Source: a candidate division WOR-3 bacterium (GTDB lineage: Bacteria > Hydrothermota > UBA3072 > B12-G15). Taken from it: DNA of 30,140 nucleotides. The position numbers and the translations under genes were made by a program. Positions 19,247 through 27,510 of the stretch are shown here, one piece after another. The stretch spans positions 1 through 30,140 of the forward strand of contig CBFGJG010000023.1 of NCBI GenBank assembly GCA_965649055.1, given 5' to 3'. The number at the start of each line of letters is the position of its first letter. Positions within the stretch are counted from its first letter, which is position 1. The notes under the pieces were generated by a model. It searched no databases. It was not told the origin of the DNA and was given only the letters and a program-made list of their open reading frames with translations.

Positions 19247-20679
19247 TAAAATCCTACTTTTACATTTCTAAATCTTGCGGGTGAACTTGCATGTCCAACA
19301 TACATAGATTGTCCCGGTTCTCCTTTACCACAATTTGTAAGACATATAAGTTTGTAATATTTTTCATTACATATCGCATCACAACTCTTCCAGAATTCGG
19401 GTGTTATACCTGAATAAACGCAATTTTTTAAAGGTTTTACAATCTTTCCATTTTTAATCAGATAACCTATTTGAGTCCCGAATTCAAAATTTATTCTTTT
19501 ATCATCAATACTCCAGGAACGATTTGTTTTTAAGAGTATACCGTTATCTGTGCTCTCAATAAGTTTATCATAATCCCAATTTCCTGGTTCGAGATTGATG
19601 TTAACCATTCTTACAAGTGGAATTCTATTATAAGATGATGCACGCATAGCAGCAGTGGATTTTCTACCTATTTTTATTGCAGTTTCCCTTGATGAAAGAT
19701 AATTAACAAGAATGCCATTCTTTATCAGATAGCTTTTATGTGCTTTAACACCCTCGTCATCCCATCCAAAAGTTCCTAAACCTTTAGGATATGTTGAATC
19801 TGCAACTATATTAACAATCTCTGAGCCATACCTGAATTTATCAAGTTTTTCTGTTGTTGCAAAGCTTTTTCCTGCATAACTCTCTTCAGAGCCAAATACC
19901 CTGTCAAGTTCGAGTGGATGACCAACAGATTCATGTATCTGTAATGCGAGCTGGTCAGGTTCTATTATCAAATCAAAATATCCGCTTGGACATTTTTCAG
20001 CTGAAAGTAACATAACTGCTTCTTCAGCTGTTTTTCTTGCATTATTTAAGATATCAAGGGAAAGAAAATATTCCCATCCACCTTGATTGTAATTTCCCCA
20101 AGAATTTGGATAAGACCTTATCTGCACATCACCGGGAACTATTGCCATTGCTTCGATACCACCACCAGTAAATAGGATTTCCTGTTCAAGGAAAGAACCT
20201 TCTGTTGAACCAAAAAACTTATGTTCCCTTTTTGCATGGAAATGCGAAATTCTGATTGAAACACCTTTTACTCTGGATATTTCTTTATCGCATTTCATAA
20301 GATAAGAGATTTTTTCTTTAGGTGATATTTTGAAAGGGTCTTCTTTATATTCTGTTCTGTATGTTCCTGTCTCTGGTTTTTCTTCGGTCAAAATTATTTC
20401 TTCACCTTTTATTTTTGAACTTGATTTTGCAAGTTTTATAGCATTTTTTACAACCTTTCTTATTTCAGATTTTGAAAATTTAGAACTTGCGGAAAAACCC
20501 CATCTTCCATTCATTAGAACCCTTACACCAAAGCCCTGGTCAAAATATTTACCGATATGTTCAACTTTCCCGTTTTTTACAAAAATTACCTCATCTTCAA
20601 TCATCACGACCCTACAATCAGCATATTTAACTTTATTTATCTTTGCAAAATCAATAACTTCTCTCACAAAATCCATCAT
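19246..20679 (-). CDS. tldD: TldD-family metalloprotease (start revised to MMDFV)
   Basis: GFGVRV, HESVGHPLELD, DDEGV, CGKGEPGQ; SD GGAGG before ATG at 20679. Confidence 0.88.
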   Translation of the reverse strand: MMDFVREVIDFAKINKVKYADCRVVMIEDEVIFVKNGKVEHIGKYFDQGFGVRVLMNGRWGFSASSKFSKSEIRKVVKNAIKLAKSSSKIKGEEIILTEEKPETGTYRTEYKEDPFKISPKEKISYLMKCDKEISRVKGVSIRISHFHAKREHKFFGSTEGSFLEQEILFTGGGIEAMAIVPGDVQIRSYPNSWGNYNQGGWEYFLSLDILNNARKTAEEAVMLLSAEKCPSGYFDLIIEPDQLALQIHESVGHPLELDRVFGSEESYAGKSFATTEKLDKFRYGSEIVNIVADSTYPKGLGTFGWDDEGVKAHKSYLIKNGILVNYLSSRETAIKIGRKSTAAMRASSYNRIPLVRMVNINLEPGNWDYDKLIESTDNGILLKTNRSWSIDDKRINFEFGTQIGYLIKNGKIVKPLKNCVYSGITPEFWKSCDAICNEKYYKLICLTNCGKGEPGQSMYVGHASSPARFRNVKVGF

Positions 20680-20698
20680 AATAACCTCCATTTCTTTT

Positions 20699-20726
20699 AC
20701 TTTAAATTCAAAAGAATTTTTGTCAA
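20699..20726 (-). promoter_or_regulatory. Promoter of the tldD-TPR-pyr operon
   Basis: TTGACA-N16-TAAAGT; supports the revised tldD start. Confidence 0.5.
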
Positions 20727-21197
20727 CATAAATTTGGAATTCTTTTTGGAAAATGTTATGATATCTCAAAAAGATTATTCCAAAAACAAGTCAAAAAAAA
20801 CTCTTATAAATTCAAAGAATATAAAGAAGTAAGAAAATTTACAAAAAATATGGCGAAAATTCAATTTTAAGGTTATTGCATTATGTTGTTACTATCTTCC
20901 AAAGAAAAATTGGGATTTTTGAAAAACATAGATAAGATTGAAAAAGCAAGATAAAAGTTAGTCAGATTTTAGTCATATGTTATGATAATGTTTTTATACT
21001 TAATATTAAAAGATTTATCATTTATTTAGTAAAACATTTATTATAATTAAAAATAAAACTACTACACAATTTTTACATTAATTAATTACTTTTATGCCCC
21101 TACATTTCAATATAAAAAGTATGTTTTGGATGCTATATTTCCGAATTATCGGAATAACAGAATTAAATAGCCCTTCTTTTAAGTTTTTAATACATAA

Positions 21198-21692
21198 TTA
21201 CTTTTTCCAGATTCCATTTTTAATATCATTGAGAGTTTCATATATTCTAAAAAACAGTATCATCAATTCGCACAGTACACGCCAGAGAATAGGACCTACA
21301 AGTATAATAGTCCAACCTATTAATACTTGTATGCTTTCATAATACCCAAAATATTTTTCTGAGTTAAAATATATATAACTGATACCCAATATGACAATTA
21401 TTATTGAGCCAATCCAGAAAAAAATCTCAATAATTACTGGGGTTATCATTTTTCTGAATAACAAAAAATCACGCCATGGATTGTCGCCCTTTGGAACTGT
21501 TTGAATTGTTTCTTCTTTCAATGTTTCATCTTCTGAAGACATATTTATCGGTTCCTCATTATTTGTTATTATTGCAGTTTCGGGAATAACATTTTCAGTT
21601 CCACAATTTCTACATTTCGCTACATCACCGACTTTTTGAAATTTAGTAATGATAAACTCACCACACTTTTTACATTTGAATTTTAATGCTAT
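21198..21692 (-). CDS. Zinc-ribbon plus DUF4282-like membrane protein, 164 aa, probable ATA start
   Basis: FLLFRKMITPVII and GPILWRVLCE..ILFFRI.E.L..I motifs; frame stays open 50 codons upstream (CKKC, CRNC) to an ATA behind SD AAGGAGGT. Confidence 0.7.
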   Translation of the reverse strand: MALKFKCKKCGEFIITKFQKVGDVAKCRNCGTENVIPETAIITNNEEPINMSSEDETLKEETIQTVPKGDNPWRDFLLFRKMITPVIIEIFFWIGSIIIVILGISYIYFNSEKYFGYYESIQVLIGWTIILVGPILWRVLCELMILFFRIYETLNDIKNGIWKK

Positions 21693-21734
21693 AAATTACC
21701 TCCTTTTATTTTTGTATTAATTACTTTTCAATTT

Positions 21735-22043
21735 TTATATAAATCCTTTATCTGAATTTTTCAATTCCTTATATTTAGTCTCCGGAGGATTATAAAGGAT
21801 AATTCTTTTTTGTATAAAAGCTTTACCTGAACCACTTTTTAAATATTTTTCAAATGATTTAGCTGATAATTCATCTGCAAACACACAATACCAGATTAAA
21901 CTCCAAGGTGATTTAGACTTTGTATAACCAGAAAAGTTATTATTATGTTCCTTGATTCTACGAGTTAAATTTGTAGTAAATCCTATATAAATACTTTTAT
22001 CTTTTTTACTCTGAATGATATATACATAATATTTTCTTTCCAT
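21735..22043 (-). CDS. Small stand-alone GIY-YIG nuclease (start revised to MERKYY)
   Basis: YVYII...IYIGFT, LTRRIKEHN, PWSL, FEKYLKSGSGK; GGAG SD before ATG at 22043. Confidence 0.88.
   Translation of the reverse strand: MERKYYVYIIQSKKDKSIYIGFTTNLTRRIKEHNNNFSGYTKSKSPWSLIWYCVFADELSAKSFEKYLKSGSGKAFIQKRIILYNPPETKYKELKNSDKGFI
21780..21791. repeat. Remnant of the REP-like hairpin near the 3' end of the GIY-YIG gene
   Basis: CTCCGGAGGATT is identical to 22086-22097. Confidence 0.5.
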
Positions 22044-22068
22044 AAAGTTCTCCAATTTTTTAATGTTT

Positions 22069-22133
22069 TCCTCCTACGCCATAGGCTCCGGAGGATTTGA
22101 ATATCAATCCACCGAAGCTTCAGCGTAGGTGGA
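22069..22133. mobile_element. 65-bp inverted REP-like doublet, copy 1, inside the terminal CRISPR repeat
   Basis: TCCTCCTACGCCATAGGCTCCGGAGGA-TTTGAATATCAA-TCCACCGAAGCTTCAGCGTAGGTGGA between GTTT and CAATCCC of a repeat. Confidence 0.75.
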
Positions 22134-22217
22134 CAATCCCTTATAGGTAGGCTAAAAATAGAAAGTGATAGGAAAAAAGTTTATGATGTTCTTGGTTTCA
22201 ATCCCTTATAGGTAGGC

Positions 22218-22282
22218 TCCTCCTACGCCATAGGCTTCGGAGGATTTGAATATCAATCCACCGAAGCTTCAGCGTAGGTGGA
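22218..22282. mobile_element. 65-bp inverted REP-like doublet, copy 2, between two truncated repeats
   Basis: 64/65 identical to copy 1 (GGCTTCGG vs GGCTCCGG); same right junction to CAATCCC. Confidence 0.75.
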
Positions 22283-22441
22283 CAATCCCTTATAGGTAGG
22301 CTAAAAATTTAGTATTGTTAGTATTGTTGGATTTATAACAATATTGTTTCAATCCCTTATAGGTAGGCTAAAAATTTTCTGAATCTTGGAAAGAGTTGCT
22401 GGAATCATTGTGTTTCAATCCCTTATAGGTAGGCTAAAAAT

Positions 22442-22606
22442 CCATTCTATTATTGCAAATTCAAGATTTTTAATTTCAAAGAACAACATAATTTTACTTT
22501 CCTTATTTTAAATATACAAAGAATTCACTGATTGTCAATATATTTAAAAAATTTTTTTGAGTTGTCTAACCCTATATATTATTACATTATCTATAATCGA
22601 CGAAAA
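22442..22606 (-). promoter_or_regulatory. CRISPR leader with promoter
   Basis: AT-rich non-coding stretch between cas2 and the first repeat; TTGACA (22538-22533)-N16-TATATT (22516-22511) pointing into the array. Confidence 0.75.
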
Positions 22607-22870
22607 TCAAATGATATTTTCAAACTTTCCCTTTTCAATTCCCATTGATTCCCTTGCTGTATATAATTTTGACCTAAAAATATAAAATAATATTGAATCT
22701 TCATCTTTATTTATTGTCTTTCTTAGTTCCATCTTCAATTTTTCAAATTTTGCCTCAGTTATTTCACCTTCAAGTGCTGAATTCTGAACCCAGGTTAGAT
22801 ATTTACGAGCAATCTTTAAAACTTTTGCAACCCTTTTTACTTTTATATCATATACCATTATTAAAAACAT
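22607..22870 (-). CDS. cas2: CRISPR-associated endonuclease Cas2
   Basis: MVYDI, KYLTWVQNSALEGEIT, EDSI. Confidence 0.95.
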   Translation of the reverse strand: MFLIMVYDIKVKRVAKVLKIARKYLTWVQNSALEGEITEAKFEKLKMELRKTINKDEDSILFYIFRSKLYTARESMGIEKGKFENII

Positions 22871-22871
22871 C

Positions 22872-23864
22872 TTACCACCTCGCTATAAATGGTTCATATT
22901 CTTTCTCTCCCATTAAATGCTTCTCAAGCTTTAATGCCTCAAGATGAATTAAAGAACGATAAGATACATTTCTATTTAGCGACGGGTGCTTTATTGTTGT
23001 TTGCATCCTTTTATCCATCTCTTCAATAAATGTCTTTTTTCCTGAGTCTTCAAGAAATATACCTTGCATTCTTTCAACAAAATCTTTTGGTTTTATCATA
23101 TCCTTATTAACAAGAGTGAATATTATTCTATCAACTATTATTGGCTTAAAAATTTCTGCAATGTCAAGATTTAATGAGAATCTCCTAAAATTTGTAGTAT
23201 GCAAATATCCAATTCTCGGGTCAAGATGTGTCTTATAAATTTCACTCAAACAGATTACATACAAAAGGCTATTCCCAAAACTTATTAAAGCATTAACCCT
23301 GTTCTCTGGTGGTCGTTTCGTCCTCTCACCAAATTCAAATTCAGGGTCTCCAAAAATCTTATCAAATGATTTATAATATTGCTCCCGTATGTTCCCTTCA
23401 ATTGCCATAAGTTTTTCAACACTATCCTGTTCATCCAATTTCAATTCCAGTTCTTTAATATGTGCTATAGTTTCATTTATTTCAACTCCTCTGTTATTAT
23501 AATAGATTAAAACTTTCTTTATATTTTCTATTGCGCCTTTAACAATTCTTTTTGCAAGATTAAATCTCTTTTCTTCTGAAAGATAATGCTCTGCCTGTTT
23601 TAATATCATATACCCAGAATTATAATGCTCTCTTGGATAATATGTTCCAATATAATATCCATAATGATTAAAAAAATGAAGAATAATCTCTGATTGACTT
23701 AAAAATTCAAGCAATTTCTTGTTTACTGTTACTTCTCCAAATATATATATTTCACCAGTATTCTCAACTGGTATATATTTTCTTCCCTGTTCACTTTCAA
23801 AAAATATTGTGTTCTGTTTTCTATGAATTTCACCATCTGAAAAGATATATATACTTTTTTTCAT
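22872..23864 (-). CDS. cas1: CRISPR-associated endonuclease Cas1, subtype I-B-like
   Basis: FNHYGYYIG, MAIEGNIR, RTKRPPENRVNALISFGN, IGYLH, SLNLDIAEIFKP. Confidence 0.97.
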   Translation of the reverse strand: MKKSIYIFSDGEIHRKQNTIFFESEQGRKYIPVENTGEIYIFGEVTVNKKLLEFLSQSEIILHFFNHYGYYIGTYYPREHYNSGYMILKQAEHYLSEEKRFNLAKRIVKGAIENIKKVLIYYNNRGVEINETIAHIKELELKLDEQDSVEKLMAIEGNIREQYYKSFDKIFGDPEFEFGERTKRPPENRVNALISFGNSLLYVICLSEIYKTHLDPRIGYLHTTNFRRFSLNLDIAEIFKPIIVDRIIFTLVNKDMIKPKDFVERMQGIFLEDSGKKTFIEEMDKRMQTTIKHPSLNRNVSYRSLIHLEALKLEKHLMGEKEYEPFIARW

Positions 23865-25150
23865 CTATTTTCCATATGATTTTTCAAAATCCATTTCCAT
23901 ACAGGAATTATATTAACCTCTATTCCATCAATTTTAAAATCTTCTTCCATATCATAGGTAAGTATTGTCCCTTTTTCTAAATTCAATTTTTTACAACACT
24001 CTATTAACGCATTAAATTCTCTTTCTCTGTTATTTTTATTAATATCATAACAAACCTGATAAACTGATACCATTTTATCATTTTCTATAACGAAATCACA
24101 TTCATTTATGTTTTCAAAATAAAAGATATTTTCGTTTTTCTTTTTTATTTCATTGTAAACTATATTTTCTAATATTCTTCCATATTCTTCTGCTGTAACA
24201 AGTTTAGCAATTCCCACATCAATAAGATATATCTTTGAAGGATTCCTAATCTTTTGATAAGACGATTTTGAATATTTCTTTGTCTCAGAAATAATCATAC
24301 TTTGTTTAAAATATTCATAATATTTAAACAGGCTATCTTTTGAAAAAGGTATTTTTTCTTTAAATTGTTTATAAAAAGCACTTAATGAAAATTTTTGAGA
24401 GAAAGAAGTTAATATTTTATTCATTAAGGCTTGAAGTAATGAAATATTTGTAATTTTGTATTTTTCTACCAAATCTTTAAAAAATATTGAGCTAAGATAT
24501 TCTTTTATTATTTTTATTTTCTCAAATTCACTTTTTGATAATAATACTTCCGGATAACCTCCGAACTTTATATATTGATCAAAATAGTTTTTTACAATTA
24601 TCTTTTTTTCATTATAAATTATATTGTCATCAATATTAATATTATTTAATTTTAAAAATTCAGTAAATAAAAAAGGTGTAACTTCAATACTCCAAGCCCT
24701 TCCTCTAAGTGAAGTATGCATCTCAAATGGCATAATTTTAAAAGAAGAACCTGTTACAAAAATTTTTATCCCTCTTTTTTCTACTGCTCTTCTACAATAT
24801 TTTTCCCAACCCACAATATTTTGCAATTCATCAAATAAAAAAAACTTCTCTTTATTTATGAGATGTGGATTGAGTTCCAAAAAAGCTTCTTCTAATTTAT
24901 CGAAATCTGCAACAGTGAATTCTGTAAGTCTATCATCTTCAAAATCAATATATAAAGCCTCATTTTTATATGTTTTAAATAAATGATACAATATAAATGT
25001 TTTACCACTCCTCCTCGCACCGTAAAATATAACGACCTTGTTAGATGATGGGAAAATAATATTATCTCTTTTTACTAAAAATTTAATTTTGTTAAGAATA
25101 AAATCTTTATTAGAAATTATTATCTCTTTTATTTTTTCCTTAGATATCAT
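23861..25150 (-). CDS. AAA+ ATPase (AAA_14/DUF4143 type) with a C-terminal nuclease-like domain
   Basis: GARRSGKT Walker A, FLFDELQN Walker B, VTGSS, LRGR, GGYPE, KIYLIDVG, ECDFVI..YQVC. Confidence 0.88.
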   Translation of the reverse strand: MISKEKIKEIIISNKDFILNKIKFLVKRDNIIFPSSNKVVIFYGARRSGKTFILYHLFKTYKNEALYIDFEDDRLTEFTVADFDKLEEAFLELNPHLINKEKFFLFDELQNIVGWEKYCRRAVEKRGIKIFVTGSSFKIMPFEMHTSLRGRAWSIEVTPFLFTEFLKLNNINIDDNIIYNEKKIIVKNYFDQYIKFGGYPEVLLSKSEFEKIKIIKEYLSSIFFKDLVEKYKITNISLLQALMNKILTSFSQKFSLSAFYKQFKEKIPFSKDSLFKYYEYFKQSMIISETKKYSKSSYQKIRNPSKIYLIDVGIAKLVTAEEYGRILENIVYNEIKKKNENIFYFENINECDFVIENDKMVSVYQVCYDINKNNREREFNALIECCKKLNLEKGTILTYDMEEDFKIDGIEVNIIPVWKWILKNHMENR

Positions 25151-25174
25151 TTTTTCCTTTTTATAAGGATAAAT

Positions 25175-25669
25175 TTATATCCAGCAAAATTCATAATAAG
25201 CACAATTCTTACAGAAATTAATCCTTTTAGGTTCTGGTGGTCTATCTAATCTTATAATTTCATTTATTTTCTCAAATGTATTTTTTAATTCTATTTCTTT
25301 CTCAAGACTCAGTTCTATTTTTATTCTCTTTTTTTCCTTTGGTATTAAAAGTTCACCTGTTGAGATTATTCCGTTTTCTTTAAGTCTGAACAAATAGTAT
25401 AAAAGTTGCATCGTTGCTGATTTGAGAAATCTTGATGTTTTTTTCACCTCTCCAATTATTATTTCTTTACCTTCAAATTTTACAATATCTATCTTCATTC
25501 CTGTTGTCTCAAATCCTTTTTTTTCTCTTTCATAAGAATCTTCGTGTATAAGCCTTCCCAATTCAATCAAAGGATTTTCCTGTTGAGGGTTTAACTCATG
25601 TGCCATAAGCCATACTTCTCTTTTGCAGATATAATAATACCAGATTAAAGTACCTGTAATTCTTTCCAT
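25175..25669 (-). CDS. cas4: CRISPR-associated exonuclease Cas4
   Basis: YYYICKREVWL, GRLIHE, KIDI..EVKK, QLLYYL, CKNCAYYEFC. Confidence 0.95.
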   Translation of the reverse strand: MERITGTLIWYYYICKREVWLMAHELNPQQENPLIELGRLIHEDSYEREKKGFETTGMKIDIVKFEGKEIIIGEVKKTSRFLKSATMQLLYYLFRLKENGIISTGELLIPKEKKRIKIELSLEKEIELKNTFEKINEIIRLDRPPEPKRINFCKNCAYYEFCWI

Positions 25670-25847
25670 AATTTTAATCTCTCAATTCCAAATTTAATAA
25701 ATTGCATGATAGGAATTTCTGTTATATATTTTCTTATCCGAAAAGGAAAAAATACTTATATGTTTTTTAATTTTATTAATCAACATTCTTTTTCAATTTT
25801 TACCCGATTTTTGAAAACCAAATTCAAAATCTTCCGGTAGAGAATAA

Positions 25848-26567
25848 TCATTTAATAACGTATCCTATATCATTTATCTTGAATAAACTTTCGCTTGTTA
25901 TTTCTAATTCTATGAATGAAGGGTAAATAATACCATTTTCTTCTTTAATTGGAACAAGGTATGTTTTCAATGGGAGTTTTCCATTTTTTCTCTCACATCT
26001 TTCGTGCATCATATATATCTTTCCGTTCCCAGCTATTACTCGAGTTTTATCGGTAAAAGGGATTGGATATTCAGTTTTTATATTTTTTATCGAAGTATCT
26101 TCTGTAACATTTTTTATCAATATTTTATCAATAACAGATATAGGTGATTCGCTATCACCGCAGGTTATAGGGGTAGTTTTTACCGCAACAGTAATATCGC
26201 CAATGAGATTACTATCTTTAAAGATTGCACAGATTTGCAAATTTTTTGTATATGCAAATTGTCTTCCAAGTGCATTAGTAAATTTCCAAGGGAATATATC
26301 TTCCCATTTGACAACTACAGAAGTAATATAACTTTTTATAATGCAGGGCGATAAAAGCCTTGAACCTGTCCATATAATGTTCTTCTCAATCAATTTAAGA
26401 TATTCTATGGGATGTTTATCGTTTTTATATCGTTGTAAAGCATTTGCAAGCATTCCTATAATAGCAGATGAAGGCATTATAGGGAACGTCAGAGCAGATT
26501 GCCAAGTATATGGTATTCTGATAGAGTAAAGAGAATTAACCCTTATATCAAACACTATTGCATTCAT
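25848..26567 (-). CDS. cas5: Cas5, subtype I-A-like
   Basis: YSIRIPYTWQSALTFPIMPSSAIIGMLANA N-terminal motif, CGDSES G-loop; follows cas7. Confidence 0.85.
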   Translation of the reverse strand: MNAIVFDIRVNSLYSIRIPYTWQSALTFPIMPSSAIIGMLANALQRYKNDKHPIEYLKLIEKNIIWTGSRLLSPCIIKSYITSVVVKWEDIFPWKFTNALGRQFAYTKNLQICAIFKDSNLIGDITVAVKTTPITCGDSESPISVIDKILIKNVTEDTSIKNIKTEYPIPFTDKTRVIAGNGKIYMMHERCERKNGKLPLKTYLVPIKEENGIIYPSFIELEITSESLFKINDIGYVIK

Positions 26568-26571
26568 TGGA

Positions 26572-27510
26572 TTAACCTATCTTGTTTAGTAATTCTGCAA
26601 ATATCTGAGCAATAGTTTCCATCTTCCTTACTCCAGCAGGTTCTTTATCTCCCCAATAAAGAAGTGTTATATTTTCTGGCATAAGTCCTATTGTCTTGTT
26701 GATGTAATCTGAATATATAGGAGAAACCGGAAAAGGTAGCGGCCCTGATTCAGAATAAGCAATAAGGATTTCCACTGGGTTAATGTGTGGAATAGCGTGG
26801 GATAGCGACGCACCAATTTGTCCAGAAATTAAATAACGATAGGCATCAATAGCTACCTTTATTCTGTCCTTTCGACCATTATTATCATCAACTGCATACA
26901 TCTCTCCTGAACCAAAATTTGACTCTACAAGTCCAATTCTATCAACATCTAAAGCTGAAACAAAGGCGTAAAAACCCGAAGCATAAGATTTGTTAAATGG
27001 CATCATAACTGTAGGATCTGACGAAACCCTGTTATGAATAACCTGTTTAGACACAGTCTCTTTACCTAAAACTGGCATTAACCATGAGAACATAGCCCTT
27101 GAAATTCTTCTGGAAGAAATTCCTCTTTCTTCTTTACTTTCTGCTTCTTTTGCTATTAAATAACCATGAATATCGCAAGATGCACAGTCTTTAATAGCAT
27201 CATTCTCTAATTTTGAGATCTGAGCTAAACTACCATTACTTATTTTTCCTGGTTTTATAGGTTCCCCTGCCTTACATCCATCACATAGACCAACATTAGA
27301 ATATGGGCCATTTACAATCAAATGTTTCATGCCCTCATAATGCCAGTGTTTGAGCATTCTGCCTGATACTGCCGGAGCTTCGATTTTATTTCCATTTTCA
27401 TCAAGAAATTCCATTATCCTTATGTCTGTTACATTACCTGCAACTGTTTCGTTGTTTAGGTCATGGACATTTAATTGAACCTTTACTGCAAATGTTACAA
27501 ACTTGAGCAT
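26572..27510 (-). CDS. cas7: Cas7 (DevR/Csa2 family), subtype I-A-like
   Basis: LNVHDLNNE..AGN, PAVSGRMLKHWH, CDIHGYL, RRISR..FSW, HNRV, YASGFY. Confidence 0.88.
   Translation of the reverse strand: MLKFVTFAVKVQLNVHDLNNETVAGNVTDIRIMEFLDENGNKIEAPAVSGRMLKHWHYEGMKHLIVNGPYSNVGLCDGCKAGEPIKPGKISNGSLAQISKLENDAIKDCASCDIHGYLIAKEAESKEERGISSRRISRAMFSWLMPVLGKETVSKQVIHNRVSSDPTVMMPFNKSYASGFYAFVSALDVDRIGLVESNFGSGEMYAVDDNNGRKDRIKVAIDAYRYLISGQIGASLSHAIPHINPVEILIAYSESGPLPFPVSPIYSDYINKTIGLMPENITLLYWGDKEPAGVRKMETIAQIFAELLNKIG

Larger units (their letters stand above)
22065..22441 (-). CRISPR. Short disrupted CRISPR array; 30-bp repeat ATTTTTAGCCTACCTATAAGGGATTGAAAC in transcribed sense
   Basis: Intact repeats 22412-22441 and 22346-22375; partial repeats 22283-22308 and 22195-22218; split repeat 22065-22068 plus 22134-22159; spacers of 36 bp (22376-22411), 37 bp (22309-22345) and 35 bp (22160-22194); ATTGAAAC end; next to cas2. 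Confidence 0.95.

Noticed and set aside
20680..20769. 30-aa N-terminal extension of tldD
   Set aside because: It overlaps the predicted promoter, and a GGAGG SD precedes ATG 20679
20770..21197. Long AT-rich intergenic region, including the 5' part of ORF 21094-21342(+)
   Set aside because: No convincing hairpin, repeat, RNA gene or coding signal; the ORF is largely antisense to the DUF4282-like gene
22218..22282. Treating the 65-bp element as an ordinary duplicated spacer
   Set aside because: Nearly twice the spacer length, flanking repeats are truncated, and copy 1 lies inside a repeat
22309..22345. Tandem TTAGTATTG duplication in a spacer, and possible self-targeting spacers
   Set aside because: Low-complexity feature probably inherited from the protospacer; by eye none of the three spacers matches this window, and external targets need BLAST
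22561..22605. Degenerate inverted motif TTGTCTAA...ATCGACGAA in the leader
   Set aside because: Resembles motifs seen in I-B-type leaders but is too degenerate to call separately
25678..25710. CTCAATTCCA as a degenerate CRISPR repeat (CreA-like mini-array) before cas4
   Set aside because: Only about 6 bases resemble the repeat and no second pseudo-repeat is visible
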